A stretch of DNA of 64,000 bases from Salisapilia sapeloensis CBS 127946 (Eukaryota; Protista; Oomycota): positions 1 to 64,000 of the forward strand of contig JAADVB010000035.1 of NCBI GenBank assembly GCA_023334545.1, in the 5' to 3' direction. Under the pieces are notes generated by a model, which saw nothing but the letters and a program-made list of their open reading frames with translations, was not told the origin of the DNA and did no database searches. Both the position numbers and the translations under genes were made by a program. Positions 50,364 through 60,800 of this stretch are shown piece after piece; positions within the stretch are counted from its first letter, which is position 1; every line of letters begins with the position of its first letter.

Positions 50364-52094
50364 ATGGCAGGCAAGAAGCGTATCTCGTACTTCTACCATC
50401 GTAGGTTCCACTTGTCTTTATAAATTTCTTCCAATGGATATATAAAATGGAGAAATGCCTCTGGAATATGTCGTACTGATTGTATGATCATTATTAGCGG
50501 ACGAGGGCAATTTCTATTATGGACCGATTCATCCGATGAAGCCACAGCGGCTAAAATTGACCCATCACCTCGTCTGCAATTACGACTTGTATGGGAAGAT
50601 GGATGTCTTCGTATGTGACAATATAGTAGCGTAGCTTTTGATATCCGATGGACTTATACGAGTGTCGTAGGAACCTCACTGGGCATCTCCAGACGAGATT
50701 AAACGATATCATGCATCCGATTATATCGATTTCCTACAAAAGATCAGTCCAGCAAACGAAAGTGAACATGCAAATGAACTCGCTAAATGTACTCTTGGAT
50801 CTACACACACGACAGAACCATTTCGTCTAATATGTTGATAGATAACATGGGGGAGAGCTCCGACTGTCCGGTCTTTAGCGGTCTCTTTGACTTTTGTCAG
50901 ATATACGCTGGCGGCACACTAGGTACCTCACTTCCCTTCGACTAGACGACTCTATACTCATACGTCCTAGACGCTGTCACGAGACTGAATCACGGATACT
51001 GCGACATTGCTGTCAATTGGGCTGGTGGTTTGCATCATGCGAAAAAAGCTGAAGGCTCTGGCTTTTGCTATGTGAATGACATCGTCCTGGGGATCCTCGA
51101 ACTCCTCAAGTACGTCCTCTCATACCATCAATCAGCCACATAGCTTAAATGTAGGTAGGTATCACCCTCGCGTCCTGTACATTGACATTGACGTCCATCA
51201 CGGCGATGGCGTGGAAGAAGCGTTTTACGTCACAGATCGTGTCATGACCGTGTCATTCCACAAGTATGGTAACTTCTTTCCTAACACCGGTGCGATCGGA
51301 GACACAGGTGCCAAGGGTGGGAAGAATTATGCTGTCAATTGCCCACTACACGCCGGTATCACGGACGAATCGTACGAAAGTATCTTTAAACCAGTGATCG
51401 ACAAGGTCATGGAGACGTTCCAGCCTTCTGCCGTCGTCCTCCAATGTGGCTCGGACTCTCTAACAGGTGATCGACTCGGGACGTTTAACCTTACAACTGT
51501 CGGTCATGGCGAGTGCGTTCGGTATGTCAAAAGCTTTGGATTACCGACACTTGTCCTTGGAGGTGGTGGGTACACCATCCGCAACGTCTCGAGAGCGTGG
51601 GCATACGAGACAGCTGTCTTGCTAGATCAAGAGGTCTCGGATAACATCCCTTACAACGACTACTTTGAGTACTACGCACCAACGTTTAAACTCCATCTGG
51701 AGCCTGATGCAAATCGAGAGAATGAGAACTCGAGGGAGTATCTCGACAAGATAAAGTAGCACTTATGTAGATCTATGATCGAGACATGCATCTAATGCTG
51801 TGTAGAATGGAGATCTTTGAGAACTTGAGAGCCTTGACAGGGGCGCCTAGTGTCCAGATGACCGACGCACCTGCTGGAAGGCCCTTACCAGAAGATGATC
51901 AGGATGAAGACATGGTAGATCCGGATAGTCGATCAGATTATACGGGCAAACGCTTATTGGACTCGGAGTTCTTTCAGAATGACCAAGTAGGATGGAAGAG
52001 GTAGAGATTGTGTTTATATGTCTGATGTATGGTGTAGGATCAACGTGGAGAAGATGTGGATGGCGCAACGGACGCAGGCATGAAGGTAGACTGA
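50364..52094 (+). CDS. HDAC: Class I histone deacetylase, paralogue B, 8 exons
   Basis: [100 protein letters not shown]; ends DAGMKVD*. Seven introns at positions shared with paralogue A. Confidence 0.93.
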
Positions 52095-52116
52095 TAATGG
52101 AGAGAGAAGTTTTCTT

Positions 52117-52903
52117 TTACTTTTGCTCTCGCAAACGTCGTTGTTTATCTCGTTCAGCTTTTTCCAACTCGAATTGTTTCTGATCAAGACGATGAAGAAA
52201 CTCTTGCTTTTCGACGTACCCGTCCTTTGTCGCTTGTTTCAACTCGTCTTCGATACCCTCATCGGTCTTAAACGTGTCCCAGTCGATGGATGATTTTTCC
52301 ATCGTTGACACCTTTCGAGGTTCTTGCATCGAAGCGAGGACTTGATCTACACCAGAAGACTTGGTTGATGGAATCTTAGCTGCCTCTGCACCACTCGAGC
52401 CTCGAACTTGGTACGTTTGCCCGGCATACTGGACGGTCTGTGAAATCTCATCCGTTGCTTTCGATGCTAAATCCTGACGATGACGCTTTGGATCGACACT
52501 TAGAACTGGGAATTCGAACTCTCGGACCTTGCGTTTCTTTCGTTTCATTGGTTTCCCGCTTGTGAGTCGACGAAGGAGCTACGGTGGTGTGAAGAAAAGA
52601 TAGAGTCATTGGCAAGCCATATAGTTACTTTGGCGGATTTATCTTGAGAGGCCTGAGAGACATTGGTAGATTCATTCAGGTCCTTCCATTTGTCCGTGAT
52701 ACTACTGTCTGTAGCAACACTATAAGCTTGCTTGCTAGTATCATCCTCTTCGTCCATGACGAGTTGTTCATCGTCATCAACTTCTTCTGCAAATAAAATT
52801 GGGATATTCAGTGGATGCATATACAATGGTATCGATAGTTGAGTAGAAGGATGAATCTACCTTCCGGTACAAAGTCCTCGTCATCATCGTCGGAAGAGCT
52901 CAT
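52117..52903 (-). CDS. CFDP1: Bucentaur/CFDP1 (SWR1 complex Swc5-like), multi-exon
   Basis: Acidic start MSSSDDDDEDFVPE; C-terminal BCNT domain KVSTMEKSSIDWDTFKTDEGIEDELKQATKDGYVEKQEFLHRLD. Confidence 0.88.
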
Positions 52904-53061
52904 TTTGAATGGTTTTGTTAATGGATAGCATACAAATATCAAGTGTGCATATTGGGAAGGGTGGTACCCCTCTATATGATATGACGAGTTACTACGTGAT
53001 TATGAATAAAGATAGACAAGGTGAATGCGAACTAGCGTGTATGAGTATGTATTTATGCTGG

Positions 53062-53738
53062 CTACTCTAGTTTGCTGTTGAAGCAGATTGCGACGCCGAT
53101 GAGGATCAGCACCATTCCTGTGTATGTCGCTAGATGCATACAGACTGGTTTATTTGGTAAATGCGCAGGTGAGAAGAATTATGACGTACATGCTGGACGC
53201 TTCGGTCGCTCTCCAAGGAACCAGCTCGTGATGCCAGTGAAAACGAATGTAAGTGAATTGCAAATCGGTACGGCGTTGGATATCTCTATGATACATAGAC
53301 AGCATGTAATTTTACATTTTGCGTTGAACTATAGTAAGATTGCATTGGTGGATCGTACCTGTGGAGCCGAGAAGGTATACAAAAGCGACGGATCCACTTT
53401 GGTTGATAGCAAATGGCAAAATGAGCTACATGCCAATACTTTATTCCTGCCCAATACATTTTATTCCTTGCGTCAGTCCATACCTTCCAATTCATTAGTA
53501 AGACTTTCACTTGTTGAACCCATTCGCCAACAGAGTTATCTTTTCTCGTATACATCGCACCCTCCGTGCTTCCTATCCTCGTAAACAAGTGTCAATTTGC
53601 CGACTTATAGTACAAAAACCATATCGAGTCGAAGAGACCATTCTTAATCAGGGGATTTGTGCATCCCCATAAGGCTCCGACAAACAAGAAAGACAGAAAT
53701 GTCGAATATCCTTCCGGAATCGCCTCCCAACTCGCCAT
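53062..53738 (-). CDS. TMEM234: TMEM234-like small membrane protein (drug/metabolite transporter superfamily), multi-exon
   Basis: FLFVGALWGCTNPLIK, LILPFAINQSGSVAFVYLLG, ISNAVPICNSLTFVFT, LGMLLILIGVAIC joined through GT-AG introns. Confidence 0.85.
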
Positions 53739-53902
53739 CGTACTTGCGTTGTCAATCTTATTGTCTACATTATACAGAATACCACGTTCTTGAAGTTGAA
53801 AATCCACTAAGCTTTATTTTATGGTAATCGAGTTGGTACTCGAGATGACCGTCGTCATCAAGTTAATCTAGTCTAAAACTGGCAAAACCGCAATTGGTTC
53901 TA

Positions 53903-54283
53903 TCAAAGTGTCGTTATGCGGCAACGTGCCGATCGCTTCTTTGGAGTTGGTGTCGCAAAACGAAATTCGCCATATTGGAAAGGTGACCACGGACCAAGCG
54001 TACTTTCACTACGGGAGAGCTGGCGATCACGACGAGCTTCTTTTTCACTCTCATAGAATTGCTTGCCGATTTTCTGAGCCCAATTAAAAGGACCAAGCAC
54101 ATCTTCGTGCGGAACCAAGTTGGAAGGCTTCGCGATGATTTCCAGTCCATCCCATGAGCTTGAGGAGGTAGATGTCGAATCACTAAAGTCATCTTCGTCA
54201 TCCATCATGCTCAAAGCATGTATAACAGCTCGATCGAATAGTTCTTCGTTCTGAAGCCAGTCGGCGCACGAGTACGAGGACAT
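53903..54283 (-). CDS. Small hypothetical protein, 126 aa
   Basis: ORF from MSSYSCADWLQ with a protein-like acidic/Ser tract; fills the gap between TMEM234 and the WW gene. No recognisable motif. Confidence 0.5.
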   Translation of the reverse strand: MSSYSCADWLQNEELFDRAVIHALSMMDDEDDFSDSTSTSSSSWDGLEIIAKPSNLVPHEDVLGPFNWAQKIGKQFYESEKEARRDRQLSRSESTLGPWSPFQYGEFRFATPTPKKRSARCRITTL

Positions 54284-54668
54284 TTTGGAAAGAGGTTGTA
54301 AAGACGAGTGTCGGAGGCGCTTGGGATTGACGAGGTGGATTGAAGAATGGCAACAAGAAGCGAGCAACAAAGATCACTAGACACTCTGCCAAACAAAGAT
54401 ACAGTTACATCGCATTTTCAGTCTTCCTCATTGTGACTATCCGATTCTTTATCATGCTTGCTAACACACATGCTCCCATCAGACGACGGAAGTTACACGA
54501 CAATAATCTCATGCTAATATTGAGCTTTTGCTCACCAAGCGGACTCTTCAGCAAGGGTCGATGCAACTTGATCCCACATTCAAGTACAAGGATAGAAATG
54601 AGCCGGTGTCGTTTCACAAGCAGGCAGTTTCCTGTTTTCTTATGCACCAAAAGGGTGCCTAGGAAGGT

Positions 54669-57645
54669 ATGGAGAACAAGTCGAGCGACTCCTCACCTCA
54701 ATGGGAACTGTTCTCGGACGATTTTGGCAACTTTTATTTTTACAATCATCTCACAGGAGAATCAAGCTGGACTGTGCCTGATGAAGGCGATGAAATTGAT
54801 GGGGATCAGATTGATGATTCAAGAGAGACTAGTAAAAATGAAGAGGAAGTCATAGAGGTGAATCCCACAAGGTGGTACGCCGATGAAGAAATTGCCATCG
54901 GAGTTGCGGAGGTCATGCTCTCATTAGTCAGTAACATTGAAGCGAAGGCGGAAACGAAGTCGCGAAAAAAGAAGCGCATCATGTCGGATGCAGCGCTTCG
55001 GCGTTACGCTAAAAACCAGGAAAAACAGCAAGCAAGTGAGAAACGAACTCGGCTGCAAAGCTTTTCAAAATACACAAAGGTAGCCATGAAATGCTTTGAT
55101 AAGCTTAAGAGTGCAGATCCGTCACGACGGAAGGGTATTGGAGAAGTATTCACTGCTTCAGATGCTGTCAGATGGGATCTAGATCGATGTCGTCACCTTC
55201 AAAAACAGCGGCGAAGATTTCGAAAGGGAAGGAAGGAGCACACTTCTATCGTCCGATGTCGTCTTCTTCGTCACCAATTGCTTCGCAAGATCCAAGTAGA
55301 ACTGAGTCGGCAACTTCTTCTTCCAAGTAATTCTGCAAGCAATATCTACAGCGAGTCTATTCTCTACTTTGATACTCCTCAACTCATATCCGAAGCGAAG
55401 CAAAGATTGCAGAATATTACCGAGCCCGAGATTGCTGAGCGACTGCTAGAAGAGGAAGATCATCTCCGATCTATGCGGAAGGATGAGATTGGAGCTCTCT
55501 TTGATCAACTGGACACCCAAAGCAGCGGATGTATAAGTATAGTAGAAATTATGTCCCGTTTTGCTGTTGAAAGGTATGTGGTAATCTACATGCACTTAAG
55601 CGTTGATATTATATTGAGCTAATTTATTTGCTATTAGGAAGATTCAAGAGACTGCTCCTACCGTTCGTGCTGTATCAATGATATCAAACAATGGCAAGGT
55701 GCAGAAAGCATTAATTAACATCGCAGCTCGGCTTGTGTCGGAGGAAAAGTCTATAGATCGAAATACATTTGAAGATTTCTTAGAAGTTGTTGAGCAAGTC
55801 GTTGATCATGCTGAGAGCATCCATGAGGCAGTGAAAGAGGCAGAAATGAACTGGAATGAAGACAAGAACGTCGTATGTTCCGGTAAGAGCAAACTTGCAG
55901 CAAAGTTGGAGCGCACGACAAAACGAATGCAGGAAGAGAAGCGAATGCAAGAAAATGAACAACACAAACTACTTATTAGGACCAAAAAAGCTATTCAAAA
56001 TGAAAATTCTCGATGGATTACTACGCCTGATGAGACGTGGATGGAAGAGTGGGAGTTAAATCATCACCATCGATATATACAGACATCACCAGTACAGCCA
56101 CTGTATTGCTGCTTATGCAGGAGAAAGAAGTGGGAAATTGCCCGACGAGACGAAGAACAGTATGAAGCTGACTATCGAATGCAATGGCAAGAGATCCTTA
56201 TTCAAAAACTAAATGAAAAGCACAGCAATTGTTCGACATCTGCTGGGTCAACAGAAACCGCAAGTATTCAACTTTATAGCCAAGGAGTAGAGGTGAAGGA
56301 GTCAAACGACAGTCAAACGTTATACACACCAGACGCTGCACATTATGGGCACTATGACTCTGATGTACTGGACGTCATTCGTGCTCTCGTCTATATTACT
56401 GAAAACATAGCTACGTCGCATGATTATACAATGAACCAAGCACTAGGCAACCAAGCTCCACTAGCCAAGAAAAAGAAGCGAAAGAAAAAGAAAAAGGCAT
56501 TAAACTTAGAGGATACAAATGCGAGAACGGAAGCAACTGATATACAGAGCCTGGCGGATGTACTTGAAAAACAGGAAGGAGAAAGAAAGACAATGTACGC
56601 AGAAGAGGTGGCAACAAAAATTACTCTTGAAAAACTTCGGAGGCGTGAAGAACGCTCTGCTTTGCAAGTGCAAGACTTGGCGCACAGATCCTTGACGCGA
56701 ATACTGGAGTACTGTCCTGATTTATCCCCATTTATTCGTCATCTTCGATTTAGGCGCTGTCTGAAATATGAAAATCCATTGACGATGGTTGCCCAAGTTA
56801 CTAACTCCAGCGATATTCAGGGTATCGGACTACCAAGATATTATTTACTACGAATCTTTCCATGTAAAGATATAGACCAAGCTCAATTGATCTCACAAGA
56901 CATCATGTATTTACGCAAGTACCTTACCACTTGTTTTGTCATGAGACCGGCATACTCGAGCTACCATCAATTTCAGCAATTTTCAGATTCTGGAATTATG
57001 ATTGAAAGCGTCCCGATCGTTTTTGTAATTTACGAGTATGCCGAAAGAGGACGCTATATTGATACAATTTTAAGCCCGATGCTGCATCAAAGTGCAAGCG
57101 CCAAGCACCAGACCCGAACAGAAAAAGCGTTGCTTGATGTGTTTCGAGATATTGCTGCTGGTCTGGCTGCAGTACATAGTTTAGGCAAAATGCATCTTAA
57201 CATTAAGCTGAGCAACATGTATGTACTTGAAGATCGACCAGGGAGTTTGCAAGTAAAATTGGGATACCCATTGCATGCTTGTCACCCAGTCAGTCCAGCA
57301 GATATCGATAGAGGATACATCGAGCATCACCTCCAAATGGATGCTTATCCTCCTGAGGTCCAAAATCACACAAAGCTTAGCGACAAAACGGATGTGTGGA
57401 TGTTGGGAAGAGCTCTTTTGGATGCCATGATGTTGTGGAAATCGTCCGAATTTAAATGTGAAGGTATGGACCCCAGACTAGAGTCATTTCATGCTGCGGA
57501 GTCTTTCACCATCGCTAATTTAATGGATCAATTGCCAATGTCTGCAAGCAATACTGTACGCTCTCTTTTACGCATGATGCTACAGCCTATGCCCTCACAA
57601 CGACCAAACATGAGTCAAGTATTAGACTTTATTTCTTTTTCCTAA
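54669..57645 (+). CDS. WW-domain / EF-hand-like / coiled-coil protein with C-terminal pseudokinase domain, 2 exons (54669-55573, 55638-57645)
   Basis: WW: WELFSDDFGNFYFYNHLTGESSWTVP. EF-hand-like LFDQLDTQSSGCISIVE. A 64-nt intron joins the two ORF-track ORFs in frame. Kinase-like C-lobe HLNIKLSN...YPPEV...TDVWMLG...LLRMMLQPMPSQRP. Confidence 0.85.
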
Positions 57646-57813
57646 AATATATTTGTCTTAGACGGCTACCAACTTGTACGTTTCATTAACGCTTTCCGCC
57701 TCCATTCATAAAGCCTTTCCCTTGCTATCTTTGGATGAACGCCAACCTCTCACTTCCAAAAGAGAGAGAGTTAACGCTAACATCCTAGAGACCGGGTAAG
57801 GTGCAACAAGCCT

Positions 57814-60800
57814 ATGAGTGCGATAGACGCAGTAGAAAATCAGTTGACGTCGAAGGACTTATTCGATAGAGCGAAGCGGAACGAATTTCAATCCATCTAT
57901 CCGATACTGCATGATGGGACACTCATGAGCACTGATGGCAGTTCCGCTATGCAGCGTGTTCAAGAAATGGTGGAACCGAAAACAGGAAACACTTTATTTC
58001 ATTACGCATGTAACAATGGGAACTTGGAAGCCTGTAAAGTTTTACTTGTAAGTACTCTAGGCATTGACACCTCGTTTATCAACGCTCCGAATTTCTTTGG
58101 GCATGCTCCGTTGTTCTATGCATCAAGCAGTGGAAACTTACCACTAGTCAAGTGGTTAGTATCCAATGGAGCGGACATTGATGCCGACTACAGTTGCTTG
58201 GAAGGTGTGAAACCGAGGCGAGAAGATCTTGGTATGTCGACACCGCTACAAGTAGCAAGTTTTAAAGGCCACAACGTTGTGGTTAATTTTCTCGCTGAAT
58301 GCAATGCCAAGTTGGATGGTGCTGGATGGAACAATGACACGCCATTGCACTTTGCGGTGGCGGAAGGTCAGAAAGATGTCACGCGACTCTTACTTCAATA
58401 TGGCGCAGACATCCACGCTAAAAATGACCGTGGTGAGACTCCAATCGACCTTGCTTCTTCGGAAATGAGACCTCTCCTAGAACGTTCGATATCTACTTAC
58501 GTCAACTCGGAACACATTGACGACCAAGAAGGTGATTGCAGTGTCGATCAAGATGATGACTCTAGCGATAGCGGCTGGGATCAGGATATGGACACTTCAA
58601 CAGAAGATTATCAACTTGTACGGAAGATATTTGGCAGGAAAACTACAAAGCAATTAAAATCCAATGCCTGGAAAGTGAGAGTGGAAGGTATTGACGAAGT
58701 CACGATTGCCTTTGACCATATTGCCTCTGGAAAGCAAACGATTGCGTCATTTGACGCTGCTTGTATAGTCCTGCGTGATGGACTGTTGGACCCTGTTTCG
58801 CAAGTAGCTTCTCAATGTTGTAATTCGCTATTCCGAGCATGCTTTGGTGCTATAGCTAGTGAAGCAAGTTATCATACGAAAAGCTTTCACAATCAAAGAC
58901 CTATTATTCAGGAAATTGCTCGCTTACTGCTACAACGTGGTGCTGTCACGAATGAAAAAGATGCGAGTGAAGCTGCGGCATCGCTTTTGTTCATGGTTTG
59001 CAAGAGTACAGAGTTGATCAAGTATCTCTGTGGTTATATTTCTCAAAGTGTATTGGCTTCAGAACCCACAACCATTTTATCTCCTCGTGTGGACGAAACC
59101 AGCGATCAGTCTGGACCAAAGAATGTATCATGGCGTCTTCAACTTGTATCGATAAAAATTCTAAATGCAATTGTTAGCCAGTATCGACTAAGCAATGAGG
59201 ACACAGGTCTTCTGTTCGAGGACGCATTAAAACTGAGCATCAATGGTGTTGACAATGCCAGCGTGTATGTTCGGACAGCCTCCATTGATCTCTTAATTCA
59301 ATGTCTTCTCATTCGGTGTGAAGAGACAAAATCTATCACAAACCCGGATATGGCATACAACGTTGCTAAATCCTGGAGTGATGCTGCATTTAAAACACAA
59401 AAGAAAGTTCCGAAGCCATCCATCCAAGCAAAGATCAACAATGGGTTAAAATCTGCATTAACGGGAAGTAAACGTCTCATTTCGAGAAGTAATTCCCAAG
59501 ACTTGGACTCGTCCACGTCTGCGAATGAGGCTATGCTCGATGAAACTGGTTTTGCAAGTGATTCTACATCGAAAATTACTAGTAATACCATGAGTTCAAA
59601 TTCCATTGACATGGGTGACGATGATGCACTGCCATACGCAGAACCAGTTCACGAGCGTTTTAATGACGTTTCTCTACAGGTAACCTCAGTGTTTGGTGAC
59701 AAGTTTTCGCGATGCGTCTTTTCAAATGCTTGGGCTCCTCGTGTCGAGGCTATCAGCTTCCTACAAAGCAAAATTGAGCGTCATCAACTCGTATTTACGG
59801 ATCTTGACAGTGATTCACAGGAAGCGCTACTGCGTGCATTATCGACAGCGCTAGCGTATACATTAAACGATCGCGTAAATGCAGTTTACGAGGCAGCTTT
59901 GTCTCTTTTAATGGAAGTCACGATCTCTTTCAGCTCTTCACTAGTAAAATCTGGTAACTACGATAAGCTCCATACTCTGGTGAAGCCACTGATACCACCG
60001 CTGTTGGTAAAGCTTGGCGACTTGAAAGCGAGGATGCATGTGGCAACGGAAGATGCACTACTTTTAATCGCTCGTCGAGCTGGGCCACAAGGACCCAGTC
60101 TGGTACTGCGCGAGGCCGTTAGTAGCGACCGTGCTGGCTCATTATCTTCCCAGTCTGCAGTATGCCTTCGCAATAAGCTTGCTCTCGTATCCAAGCTACT
60201 TCTTGAATTTGGTGTTCAAGTTAGTGATAGTGGAGAGGATGTTGGATTGGCTGTGAAGGTCGTCGTGCAACCAGCGTTCCAGTTATGCGAACATAAAGAT
60301 GCAAGTGTTCGGGAACTCTCTTATCAGATTGTCTCGGATGCACTACAGAAAGCTAGGCAGATAGTAATGCCGCTTTTAGATAATATGCCGCGAGGTTCTC
60401 GACAGAAGATGATAGCAAAACTTGTCGAAAATGGTGTCCTCGAGTCGGACTTGCTGTTGGAAGAAGTGGACGATTTCGACGTCGCTTGCGCCTTGCCTCG
60501 ACCAGGCACTTCTTCAGGAGAAATTCGACCACCGACCGCATCGGCGTCAGTCACAAAACATCGGCCTCCATTATTGAGCACCTCACTTTCATCTCAGGTA
60601 GCAGGAAGCACAGCTTCGAGTGCCACTTCGTCTCGCCCAGAACCACTGCCGTACGGAGCTGCATTAACGGAAGAACAAAAGGATGAGTTTCTGGGACTAA
60701 TAGATGCGTTCGGAGAGGAACTAGTACGCTGTTTGCTTGATAAGGAATGGTCTCAGCGAGAAGCGGCAGTGCGAGAAGTTGAACGCCAAGTAAAGTGTGC

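Noticed and set aside
54669-57645. Two separate genes (317 aa and 655 aa)
   Set aside because: A 64-nt GT-AG intron (55574-55637) joins them in frame.
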